A stretch of 64,000 nucleotides of DNA from Microcoleus sp. (GTDB lineage: Bacteria; Cyanobacteriota; Cyanobacteriia; Cyanobacteriales; Microcoleaceae). This document shows, piece by piece, positions 10,782 to 20,108 of the stretch. The position numbers and the translations under genes were made by a program. The DNA lies in assembly GCA_042408215.1 (NCBI GenBank), contig JAYFMW010000020.1, positions 480,001-544,000 on the forward strand, written 5' to 3'. Under the pieces are notes generated by a model, which had not been told where the DNA came from, did not search any database, and saw nothing but the letters and a program-made list of their open reading frames with translations. Position 1 is the first letter of the stretch; the number at the start of each line of letters is the position of its first letter.

Positions 10782-10940
10782 CTAGCTCACTGATTGCTGT
10801 CCACTTCGATCGGACAAATAACCGACTGTCCCAACTGCTCCCACCAATTGCAACATAAATGGAACCGTCAGCAATACTCGGAGCGGAATGTTTGCCAAGC
10901 CCTGATAGCCGCGTCGAAGTAAACTTGCTCTTTGTGTCAT
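10782..10940 (-). pseudogene. N-terminal remnant of a membrane sensor (histidine kinase/cyclase-type) protein
   Basis: MTQRASLLRRGYQGLANIPLRVLLTVPFMLQLVGAVGTVGYLSDRSGQQSVS resembles the first TM segment of cyanobacterial Cache-domain sensors. Confidence 0.6.
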
Positions 10941-11165
10941 ATACCAATCGTGACATACTCCCACACTGAGTGAGTACACAGAGCCTGTGGGCTTCTTTGT
11001 AGTCCTCCACCAGGGTATACAAAATTTCCTGCTGGTACGCTCATCCATAGTTCCTACTACAGAAAGATTCCCAATGGGCGCGTTTTATACTGGGGAAAAT
11101 GTCCAACCCCAGTCTTTTTAAGTTAATCGCGGCATTGAGATCGCGGTCAACCATCAAAGAGTTAT

Positions 11166-11460
11166 AAGAAATACCCTGAAAACCCTGCGACTTTAGTCCA
11201 GGGATGAAAGGGCGTTGCAGGATTTATCCAGCCTGCCCCATCTTGACAAACCGATTTTGGTTTGATCGAGTTGTTGAAACCTAGTTGGTGAAAAACCCGA
11301 CAGTTGCAAGCCGTTAGGCACCAAAGTAGCCATAGACTCAGCAACTCGCTGTGTGGGTAGCGGGTATCTGACTTACCCTTTAAGAACCGAAGTTTGGGTG
11401 GATTCATCCCCCAAAGTTTGTCCTTAAGAATCCCCGCGTCTTCAGACCGGGGAGTGTCAA
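11166..11460 (+). mobile_element. 295-bp non-autonomous IS200/IS605-derived mini-element, copy 1
   Basis: Follows TTAT, ends GTGTCAA, subterminal hairpins at both ends, no TSD; reverse-complement copy at 19321..19615. Confidence 0.85.
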
Positions 11461-11484
11461 ACTCATCCCAATAATCTCGAATAC

Positions 11485-11658
11485 TATAGCCTTTCTCAGT
11501 AGCATGAGCTACTCTCGGATATAGGGCATAATCAATTACGAATTAATCAATTACGAATTACGAATTTAGCACTTCAAAAAGTCAACTCGTAACTCGTAAT
11601 TCGTAATTCGTAATTATTTACCCTTGGGCATACCTCACCAAGATTGAGAACTGCTATA
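11485..11658. mobile_element. MITE with TATAGC...GCTATA ends and TA target, internal (AATTACG)/(TCGTAAT) heptamers
   Basis: Removing it restores the tnpB reading T-D-C-S-I; the same ends occur at 13834..13948. Confidence 0.75.
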
Positions 11659-12530
11659 CAATCGGTGAAAATAATCTCATTCCGATAACTGAGTATCATT
11701 AAGGTGTCAGCAGGTTTTTGTGAAATGACAACTGCGACCGCTTGTTCGGCTATGTAGTCCAGCGTCTGAAAAAAATGACCAAAAGCAGCATCTAGCCAAG
11801 ACTTATTCAGTCCTGATTTAGCTGATTGACCATTTGGGATATAAGTACCATCATCCTCTTGTTTAACTTTATTCCGTTTAGTCAATCCTTTGAGATTAAG
11901 GTCTTCATCGAAAAAAAAAAATAGCTCCAGTTTTGACCAATTTGTGAGCGGTTTTATATTGAAAGTATTGACGAAAACGAGCAATCTGTTGATGTTTTAT
12001 TGCTTCTTTTTTCGCCAATGTACGTCTAGATTTAGAGCCACACGTTTATTCCGCTTCTTTGAAATGCGTTCAAGCTGAGCTTAATTTTTGCGTAATGGCT
12101 TCAGGAAAGAAAGTTTCTCACCTTCAGACGTTGCGAGATAGACATCTTCGTGTAACACTGCATCCAAACCGATTGATTTATCCCATGTTGGGACAATTTG
12201 ATCGGGAATAAATTCAGGCACAGATGCATCTTCAAGCATTAACTGAATAAACCAGCAATCTGCTTTTCTGGTGACACTAGCTTGTTTAATAGTAAATCCA
12301 TCTGGGATTGGGCGATGTTTCCGAACTTTGACAACTCCTAGTTTCGGGAATCAAATATATAGCCAATTTTTGCGTATTAGTTTAATCCAATCATTGCTAG
12401 CAGTCGCAAAAGTCATTGTTCGGTAGTCCGCTTCAGTTTTCAAGCGAGGTATACCAGACTTTCCACCATTGATATCTCCTCTAATAAACCGCTCAAATGC
12501 TTTATCTACTCGCTTATAAACATCCTGTAA

Positions 12531-12694
12531 TACCAATTTAATGTGAAGTTGCATATATCTCGATCCCCCTAAATCCCCCTTAATAAGGGAGTAGGGTGTG
12601 AGTAGGGGGTGACGAAAGAGCAGAATCTTGTTCCCCCCTTATTAAGGGGGGTTAGGGGGGATCAGATTCTATGCAGCCTCATAAAAAACTGGTA
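12531..12694. mobile_element. MITE with imperfect TIRs carrying CCCCCTTATTAAGGGGG palindromes
   Basis: TACCAATTTAATGTGAAGTTGCATA ... TATGCAGCCTCATAAAAAACTGGTA; interrupts tnpB. Confidence 0.7.
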
Positions 12695-12729
12695 TAAAAT
12701 AGTTTAGTCTACTTGCTTAAAATCCAACA

Positions 12730-12838
12730 TACAGCAGTTCCCGCTGTTATGAAACACGGTAGGGACACTCCAAGAGCCATGTCCCTAGGAGGATTGAACG
12801 ATAAGTGGGTGTACCTCATAACAGCGGTTTCCGCTGTA
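12730..12838. mobile_element. MITE with imperfect TIRs
   Basis: TACAGCAGTTCCCGCTGTTATGAAACAC ... GTGTACCTCATAACAGCGGTTTCCGCTGTA; interrupts tnpB. Confidence 0.7.
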
Positions 12839-13167
12839 TCACCACTAGGTCAGACTTTCAATAAGTCTTTTTTAAGAATTGGCTGTTGTTGTTTCTATAA
12901 ATAGTAGTTAGGTTTTTACCAGGGAGGCGAAATGCTAGTTATCAATGGACAAGCATTCACAGCGGTGCGATTCATCTCCCACCAATCACAGCGCTCTCCT
13001 AACTGGCGATTATACCAATAACGGCAAATTCTGAGCCATTGGTTGAGGGTGATTTTATGATTGGTGTCTGGATAGAATCGGTACTGATATGTTCTCTTCA
13101 TTGCGTTACAACCTCTACACCTCAGTTGGTGTTACTATAAAAAAGCACAAGATTCTGTGTCAAGTAA

Positions 13168-13580
13168 ATGAGTTCATATTTGATCCTTAAAGCTAGAGGG
13201 GTTTCCGATATCAAATGTCATTTAATGTTGACTACTAAGTATCGACATAAAGTTATTACAGATTTAATACTGGCAAGGCTTGAGGAGATTTTTTAAGAAT
13301 TTAATGGCCAAATGGGAAGGAAGATTAGTAGAATTCAATGGCGAACGCGACCACGTACATTTGTTACTTCAGTACACACCGCAAACTGAGCGAAGCCAAG
13401 CTTATTAACAATCTTAAAACTGTATCTAGTCGAGCTTTACGGAAAGAGTTTGTGGCTGAGGTTAATCAGGTGTATTGGAAAGATATTTTTTGGACAAATG
13501 GTTATTTTATTGCTTCTTGTGGCGTGACTGTCGAGCAATTGAAGAAGTATATCGAAGAACAAGATCGACCTGTTGAATAA
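13168..13580 (+). pseudogene. tnpA: IS200-type Y1 transposase TnpA, frameshifted
   Basis: CHLMLTTKYR, HUH motif DHVHLL and FWTNGYFIASC...LKKYIEEQ lie in different frames. Confidence 0.85.
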
Positions 13581-13833
13581 GGAGTTTGTGGCGCACGCTC
13601 AGCTTCGCGGCGCACGCTCAGCTTCGCGGCGCACGCTCGCGAAGTCGAAGGGCTCGTCTCGTCATCCACCTGTTCATTGCTCGAAGCTCTGCTTCTGAGG
13701 TTATGAACAGGTGGAATCCTCGCCTCACGCGCCTTTCATCCCACACTAACCGAGGCGGTATAGTGTGGGGATTCCCGTCTGTTTAGCTAAAAGATCGATC
13801 GACTTTCCACAAAAACAAAAGTCTATAACAAAG

Positions 13834-13948
13834 TATAGCCTTTCTCAGTAACAGTGCGGTACTCTCGGATCTAGGGCATAGGGCATAGGGCATAGGGCAT
13901 AGCGCATAGGGCATAGGGCATACCTCACCAAGATTGAGAACTGCTATA
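13834..13948. mobile_element. MITE with TATAGC...GCTATA ends, internal (GGGCATA)n
   Basis: Ends match 11485..11658. Confidence 0.75.
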
Positions 13949-13950
13949 TG

Positions 13951-14721
13951 TTAAATTTCCGACTTCTGTCCTTCCGACTCCTGCGTTACAGGTTCTGAAT
14001 CTGGCTGCTTGAGAGCAACTTCCGAGGAATTTGGCTCAGCGAGCAATTCAGGATTACGTTGAGAAAATCCCCAGACAAATATTATGGCTATGCTGGAAAC
14101 CACCAGCCATTGCGGCGGAACTAAATTGTCATTAATCACTTTCACCAGCAGTCGCAAGCCCACCAACCCGACGGTGACGTAGCCAGCATCTTCCAGGTGA
14201 ACGAATTCGTCTAGCCAGCGGATGAACAATCCAGCCATAAATCGCAGGGTGATAATTCCGATTGTCGCGCCCGTCAGGACGAGCCAAGTTTGATCGGAAA
14301 TCGCGATCGCCGTAGTAACGCTATCCAAAGAAAACGCTAAATCTGTTAGAGCAAGCACCGGAATTGCTTGCCATAGAGACGAAAATCGCGGCCCGTGATG
14401 TTCTCCTTCCGAGTCAGCATCTGATGAAAAATGCTGGAAAACTAGCCACAGCAGGTAGAGAGCTCCTAGCAGTTCAAACTGCCAGTATTGGATCACCCAA
14501 GTAGCAGTTAAAATTAATGCGATCCGCAGTACAAAAGCAATTGCCAAACCGAAGTTGAGAGCCTGTTGCTGTAGCTTGGCATCTTCCAAACCTTTAGAAA
14601 TAGATGCCAGGGCGATCGCATTGTCTGCCGAAAGAACAGCCTCCAAAGCCACCAAAACCAACAATAATAAAAAGGCATCTACTCCCAAACTGGGCGAAGC
14701 GTCGAGAAATTGATCTAGCAT
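13951..14721 (-). CDS. TerC family integral membrane protein
   Basis: LEAVLSADNA and DLAFSLDSV motifs. Confidence 0.92.
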   Translation of the reverse strand: MLDQFLDASPSLGVDAFLLLLVLVALEAVLSADNAIALASISKGLEDAKLQQQALNFGLAIAFVLRIALILTATWVIQYWQFELLGALYLLWLVFQHFSSDADSEGEHHGPRFSSLWQAIPVLALTDLAFSLDSVTTAIAISDQTWLVLTGATIGIITLRFMAGLFIRWLDEFVHLEDAGYVTVGLVGLRLLVKVINDNLVPPQWLVVSSIAIIFVWGFSQRNPELLAEPNSSEVALKQPDSEPVTQESEGQKSEI

Positions 14722-14746
14722 TAACTATTTTGTGTACCTAAGATTT

Positions 14747-15072
14747 TTGACATACTCACCGACTATCAGGTGCGATGGTAGGCGCGTGCGTAGTCGAACT
14801 ATGATTCTTGACACTTCATCGAAATCTGCTACCGAAGTAGTCCTACGTTTCCTCTGTGTCCGTTTAGAGTCGTGCTGATGCCCCATGCCTACTTTTTGAG
14901 TTGCTTCTAGGTTAGATTCAACTATTGCCCTTACAGCGGACTCTAAGTTTACTCTCAACCTAGGTGTTTCAACGCTTCGACTACGCGAGCGCGCACCGCA
15001 GATATTGAGTCAGAGAGACCACCATTATAGCAAGCCGTCCTAAAACTACGGGGTTTTCAACCCAATTTTCTG
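14747..15072 (-). mobile_element. Non-autonomous IS605-derived mini-element retaining the left end and an omega-RNA-like right end, no tnp genes
   Basis: Follows TTAT; left end cagaaaattgggttgaaaaccccgtagttttaggacggc resembles 16072; right end gactctaaacggacacagag...ggtgagtatgtcaa resembles 17625..17746. Confidence 0.8.
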
Positions 15073-15163
15073 ATAAATTGAAGAGATCAGCACAAATCAC
15101 CGGCTCTGTCGAAAATTAGTGTCACCTCACTGATCTTAACCTAAAGTGGCCATTCTGTCCGAA

Positions 15164-15343
15164 GGAACAAGGAACAAGGAAGAGGGAACAAGGAAGAGGG
15201 AACAAGGAACAAGGAACAAGGAAGAGGGAACAAGGAACAGGGAAGAAGGAAGAAGGAACAGGGAAGACTTTCCCGATTCTCCCCCTCTTCCACTCTCCCC
15301 CTCTCTCCCCCACTCCCCCACTCCCCCTCTCCCCCACTCCCCC
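15164..15343. repeat. Short tandem repeats (GGAACAA/GGAAGAG)n and (CCCCACTC)n
   Basis: Directly visible; typical cyanobacterial STRR-like repeats. Confidence 0.85.
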
Positions 15344-15441
15344 GCCCAGAAGTGTTGCAAGTTGTAACAAATGATTCCCAAAAGCGCCAATTTGTCTGAA
15401 ATTGGTGAAAGATCGTGCCAGTGAAAAGGAGTTTTCCGAAT

Positions 15442-15537
15442 ATGTCTTTAACAGATACCCAAGTCTACGTAGCGCTCGTAATTGCTTTGATTCCCGGAAT
15501 CTTGGCTTTCCGGCTGTCAACTGAACTGTACAAATAG
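15442..15537 (+). CDS. psaM: Photosystem I reaction centre subunit XII
   Basis: [31 protein letters not shown], preceded by AAGGAG; below the ORF-track cutoff. Confidence 0.95.
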   Translation: MSLTDTQVYVALVIALIPGILAFRLSTELYK

Positions 15538-16100
15538 TTGAGGACACCAGATTGCAACGGTAAAGCGCCCTCCGAGCGCAGTTGAATCTTGAGATTGCAG
15601 ACAATTGCTCCGGCAGTGGAGTAAATTGTTGGTTGTCAGCAAGACGAGACTGCAAGGGTTGAATTCCGTTGACAATTTATCTATATTTACCTAGAATTTA
15701 AATACCGAATTCTAGGTAAATCCGTGGACAAATTGATCGGCATTGGTGAATTAGCGGAACTTAAAGCTGTCAGTGTAGACACGATCCGACGATGGGAGAA
15801 GGAAGGCAAGATCCAATCCGTTCGTACAGATGGTGGACACAGACGGTATCGTATTTCAGACTTTGTTGAACAAAAAGTTGGAAAGACGATCGCTTACGCC
15901 AGAGTATCTAGTCATGACCAAAAAGCAGACCTTGACAGACAAGATGCCGTCTTGTCTGGGTACTGCCAGTCTTTTGGTTGGGATTATGAGGTGATCCGAG
16001 ATTTAGGTAGTGGTATGAATTACCACAAAAAAGGACTCACCAAGCTAATATCTACTATTCTAGACGGTGACCAAGAAAATGGGATACAAGCCCCGTCCTT

Positions 16101-16508
16101 CTAGGACGGCTTTTCGTGATTTCTAATGTACTCCTTTAAGACTTCTAGGGGCGCACCACCCACGGAAACTGCAAAATAACTAGGACTCCACAAAGCCTCT
16201 TTATGGGGTTTCTTGTATCCAGCCTGTCCGTAGCGACGACTAGAAACTCCTTTCAAGGCGTTCACGATTTGAGAAATTGAAAGTTTAGGAGGATACTCAA
16301 TCAGCGTGTGAACGTGATTATCTTCACCATTGAATTCAAGAATTTGGAAATTCATTTTTTTAGCAACCTCGCGAAACGTTTTTCCAATCAAATCAATACT
16401 TTCGCCAGTGAATACAGACCGACGATATTTTGTAACACAGACCAAGTGCATCTTAAGTTCTGTAACACTATGCCTTTCCCTGCGATAAACGGTTGTCATT
16501 TTTTGCAA
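16101..16508 (-). CDS. tnpA: IS200/IS605 Y1 transposase TnpA
   Basis: HLVCVTKYRR, HUH NHVHTL, LWSPSYF...YIRNH. Confidence 0.93.
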   Translation of the reverse strand: MQKMTTVYRRERHSVTELKMHLVCVTKYRRSVFTGESIDLIGKTFREVAKKMNFQILEFNGEDNHVHTLIEYPPKLSISQIVNALKGVSSRRYGQAGYKKPHKEALWSPSYFAVSVGGAPLEVLKEYIRNHEKPS

Positions 16509-16549
16509 ACCAAGAGATGATTTAGTAACAGACCAATTTTAGCACAGCC

Positions 16550-17737
16550 ATGAAAGCCAGATATCGCTACAGGGTTTACCCAACTGACCAACAGCAGCAG
16601 AGCCTAGCTCAGTTGTTTGGTTGTGCGCGGGTAGTTTGGAACGATGCTCTTGCGTTGTGCAAGCAGTCCGAGAAAAAGCCAAGTTCGGCAGAACTTCAAA
16701 AAATAGTAATTACTCAGGCTAAAAATACTGAAGAAAGAGCTTGGTTAGGAGAAGTGTCGTGTATTCCCTTGCAACAATCGGTTGCCGATTTAGATGTTGC
16801 TTTCAAGAATTTTTTCAACTCCTGTAAAGGAAAGAGAAAGGGACGTAAAGTCGGATATCCTAAATTCAAGAAAAGAACTAGCAGTCAATCAGCACGTTTT
16901 AGGATTGGAGGGTTTTCTTTTAAAGATGATGGTATTTATTTAGCTAAGATTGGAGTTCTTGACCCGATTTGGTCGAGGGAGTTACCATCCGAACCTAGTT
17001 CTGTTACAGTAATTAAAGATTGTGCTAATCGCTATTTCTTGAGTTTTGTCGTAGAGGTTAAACCAATTCAGGTTGAGGCTAAAAACCCAATCGTCGGAAT
17101 CGACTTAGGAATCCAAACTTTTGCAGTGATGAGCAATGGGGAGAAAGCCGAAAGTCCTAGCTATAAAAAACTAGACCGGAAAGTTCGTAAACTCCAACGC
17201 AAATTAGCACGTCAACCTCATGATTCTAGGAGAAGGAATGTAACTCGCATCAAAATCGCCAAGTTGCACAATCAAATCACCGATACTCGCAAAGACTTTC
17301 TGCACAAATTGTCAACCAAAATAGTCAACGAAAACCAAGTGATTGTTTTGGAAGATTTAAACGTGTCTGGCCTGGTCAAAAACCGCAAACTTGCTAGAGC
17401 AATTAGCCAGCAAGGTTGGAGGGAGTTCAGGACTTTGTGCGAAGCTAAGTCTGAAAAATTTCGTAGGGAATTTAAGGTAATCAGTCGATGGGAACCCACT
17501 AGCCAAATCTGCTCAGATTGTGGTTTCAAGTGGGGCAAAATTGATTTATCTATTCGCTCAGTGCTTTGCTTAAGTTGCGGTACTGAGCAAGATAGAGATG
17601 AAAACGCTGCTAAAAATATAGCTCAAGTCGGGATAGGGCATTGCCACGACTCTAAATGGGCGCAGAGACAGAGTAAGACTACTCCGGTAGCATCAGTCGA
17701 TGAAGCGTCAAGAATCACCGCACTTTTAGGGCGGTGA
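16550..17737 (+). CDS. tnpB: RNA-guided endonuclease TnpB
   Basis: GIDLG, VLEDL, CSDC...CLSC, DRDENAAKNI all intact. Confidence 0.93.
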   Translation: MKARYRYRVYPTDQQQQSLAQLFGCARVVWNDALALCKQSEKKPSSAELQKIVITQAKNTEERAWLGEVSCIPLQQSVADLDVAFKNFFNSCKGKRKGRKVGYPKFKKRTSSQSARFRIGGFSFKDDGIYLAKIGVLDPIWSRELPSEPSSVTVIKDCANRYFLSFVVEVKPIQVEAKNPIVGIDLGIQTFAVMSNGEKAESPSYKKLDRKVRKLQRKLARQPHDSRRRNVTRIKIAKLHNQITDTRKDFLHKLSTKIVNENQVIVLEDLNVSGLVKNRKLARAISQQGWREFRTLCEAKSEKFRREFKVISRWEPTSQICSDCGFKWGKIDLSIRSVLCLSCGTEQDRDENAAKNIAQVGIGHCHDSKWAQRQSKTTPVASVDEASRITALLGR

Positions 17738-17746
17738 GTATGTCAA
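17625..17746 (+). ncRNA. Putative TnpB omega/reRNA scaffold (5' boundary uncertain)
   Basis: Overlaps tnpB 3' end to the right terminus; similar sequence recurs at about 19716..19839 and 14747..14895. Confidence 0.6.
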
Positions 17747-18034
17747 ATAATCCGACTCGCGATCACTCACAAGGATAGACTACTCAGATTTGGCTCAGAA
17801 CTGGTTTTTGCAATCTGCGAATACCACGGGGTCGAAGTTGTCATCCTGAACAAAAAAGAGGACGCAAATTTTGAAGAAGAATTAGCGAGTGACGTTTTGG
17901 AGATGATCGCCGTGTTCTCTGCAAGATTATACGGCGACCGATCAAATAAAAATAAAAAACTTATCCAAAACCTGGCAGATTCTGTAGAAAATAGATAATA
18001 TCTAGATATCTCAGCACATTGAGAGGTCGAATCA

Positions 18035-18940
18035 ATGGCTACCATAACTTATTGCAAAGGCTTACCCACACCAGCCCATGAGCTTAACGAGTTAGGTTTG
18101 ACAGATTTCGAGATGTTTCTAGATGCTTACGCCCCTATTTTTATGGCTGCAAATATCGAAACAGTCAATCATTTGCTTTCAGGCGTAGAATTCAAAAAAT
18201 CCCAGTGCAATACCCATTTACAGCAGACATACCGCATTAACAAACGTCACGCTAATGGCGCGATCAGTTCTGCTAAAGGTCGAGTAGACGGGAATAAAGA
18301 ACACAGAGCCTTGCATTTGAAAACCATTGAAGGGAAGATTAAGTCTATCGGTGCGTGGCTAAAGAAAGCAGAGCGCAAACTGGTATTGGCTCGTAAATTC
18401 TCTGCCAATAAGAAATGGCAGCAATCAAAAAAAGGCTGCAACTTCCCGATCTATTGCTCACTTACGTACAAATCTACAAACTGGCAGAATTTACGCTTTC
18501 AAATTCACAAGAAAAAGCGTAAATTTGCACGTTTGACCAACAAAGTAGAACAGTTAAAAGTTAAGCATATCAACGCTTCAGTACCTCACGCTGATGTTTT
18601 TGTTGTTGGTTATAAAGACGAGTCTTACGGTAATCATGTCTGTCAATGGGATGGAAGTAAAATTACTTTCCGTGTCCCTAATTGTTGAGAATCACGGTTT
18701 GGCAAAACCATCTCCTCTGAGATTGGTGATTTCAATCGGAACATCCACCGATTACCAGTATACTGTGCTAAAAATTGGCATTTTTATCGTAAAAAGGGTA
18801 AATGGGTTGCTGCTGTACAGTTCACAGCCCTGTGAAGCAAGTTTCTAGAGAGCGGGTATAGGGCTGCATTGGTATTGATATGAACCCTGGTTCTTTAGGT
18901 TGGGCTTGGTTAAATATCTAAGAATTTATGGACTGGCTAG
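18035..18940 (+). pseudogene. Degenerate TnpB-related accessory protein of the IS607 element
   Basis: ORF stops at 18688 but homologous-looking reading continues to a RuvC-I-like GCIGIDMNPGSLGW near 18860-18905, then is truncated. Confidence 0.65.
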
Positions 18941-18949
18941 TGATGAAGC

Positions 18950-19839
18950 GGCATCGTTTAAGAAGCTCGATCGTCAAGTTCGCAAACTGCAACGCAAGTT
19001 AGCACGTCAACCTAAAGACTCAAAGCGCAGAAACAAAACTCGGATTCAAATTGCCAAGCTGCAAAAACGAATTTCAGACACCCGTAAAGACTTCTTGCAC
19101 AAACTATCTACCCAAGTCGTTAGTGAAAACCAATCTCTCGTCTTAGAAGACTTAAATGTGTCAGGAATGGTGAAGAATCGCAAGCTTGCTAGAGCAATCA
19201 GCTTGCAAGGATGGAGAGAGTTTAGAACGCTGTGTGAGGCTAAATCCGAGAAACTTGGTAGAGATTTTCACGTCATTAATCGATGGGAGCCTACAAGCCA
19301 GATTTGTTCTGAGTGTGGCTTTGACACTCCCCGGTCTGAAGACGCGGGGATTCTTAAGGACAAACTTTGGGGGATGAATCCACCCAAACTTCGGTTCTTA
19401 AAGGGTAAGTCAGATACCCGCTACCCACACAGCGAGTTGCTGAGTCTATGGCTACTTTGGTGCCTAACGGCTTGCAACTGTCGGGTTTTTCACCAACTAG
19501 GTTTCAACAACTCGATCAAACCAAAATCGGTTTGTCAAGATGGGGCAGGCTGGATAAATCCTGCAACGCCCTTTCATCCCTGGACTAAAGTCGCAGGGTT
19601 TTCAGGGTATTTCTTATAAGTGGGGTAAGCTCGATCTAAAAGTTCGGTCGGTTCGATGCCTGAACTGTGGCACTGAACAGGACCGAGACGAGAATGCAGC
19701 GAAGAATATCCACAAAGTCGGGATAGGGCATACCCACGACTCGCTTCAGGACGCAGAGACAGAGTAAGACTGCTTCGGCAGCATCAGTCAATGAAGCGTC
19801 AAGAATCACCGTGGCGTTGACTCCCGGTGAGTATGTCAA
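18950..19839 (+). pseudogene. tnpB: 3' half of a tnpB with right end, interrupted by a mini-element
   Basis: KKLDRQVRKLQRKLARQP...CSECG | YKWGKLDLKVRSVRCLNCGTEQDRDENAAKNI; ends ggtgagtatgtcaa. Confidence 0.85.
19321..19615 (-). mobile_element. 295-bp non-autonomous IS200/IS605-derived mini-element, copy 2
   Basis: Reverse complement of 11166..11460; TTAT on its 5' side; removal restores TGT GGC TAT AAG TGG (C-G-Y-K-W). Confidence 0.85.
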
Positions 19840-20108
19840 TACTGTACCATTTCTAACAGGAGTTTCCTGAGCGTTCCTCGATTCCGGGGAAGCGTAAAGC
19901 ACGCTTAAAAGAACGTTTAAAACTTAAACCGCAGAGTTTACTTAGGTTTACCTAGGTTTTTAGAAGTGGCAGGCAGTTTTATTTGACCTGTTATCAAAGA
20001 GGTTCCGCCCTCGTCTCCTGAAGAAGAATCGGTACTCGGATTTTCTGCGGGGGACGAGCTAAAATTTTCCCGAATTAGCAGCTCTCAAACGTTTGTTTCA
20101 GCAGGTAT

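Larger units (their letters stand above)
11040..13101 (-). pseudogene. tnpB: Fragmented tnpB (lower boundary approximate)
   Basis: Pieces MKRTYQYRFYPD..., LQDVYKRVDKAFERF, EDLNLKGL...SGLNKSWLDAAFGHF, and TDCSIRDYWDEYNSLMVDRDLNAAINLKRLG after removing the MITEs. Confidence 0.85.
10950..13788 (-). mobile_element. Degenerate IS200/IS605 element (divergent tnpA and tnpB, both broken) containing four MITE insertions
   Basis: Right end ...gaagcccacaggctctgtgtactcactcagtgtgggagtatgtcac at 10950; left-end hairpin ccacact...agtgtgg near 13740-13770; tnpB fragments between. Confidence 0.75.
16072..17746 (+). mobile_element. Complete IS605-type element (divergent tnpA/tnpB)
   Basis: Inserted 3' of TGAC without TSD, ends TCAA, hairpins at both ends; both ORFs intact. 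Confidence 0.92.
15724..17998 (+). pseudogene. tnpA: IS607 serine resolvase TnpA interrupted after 16071 by an IS605 element
   Basis: N-half IAYARVSSHDQ...ILDGD joins in frame to 17747 IIRLAITHKDRLLRFG...FSARLYG...VENR*. Confidence 0.9.
15664..19972 (+). mobile_element. IS607-family element with nested IS200/IS605 elements (outer boundaries approximate)
   Basis: MerR-HTH resolvase at 15724, TnpB-related ORF at 18035, short repeat-rich ends (tttacctaga/ctaggtaaa near 15686-15720; gtttacttaggtttacctaggttttt near 19936-19961). Confidence 0.6.

Noticed and set aside
11162..11407. 81-aa ORF, also fused to the end of ORF 18900..19619
   Set aside because: Antisense reading of the non-coding mini-element; the identity reflects the DNA repeat, not a protein
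14725..14958. 77-aa ORF upstream of terC
   Set aside because: Corresponds to the tnpB tail/omega-RNA region of a mini-element; unlikely to be a real protein
15122..15655. ORFs 15122..15655, 15136..15390 and 15146..15367
   Set aside because: Low-complexity translations of heptamer repeats, partly antisense to psaM
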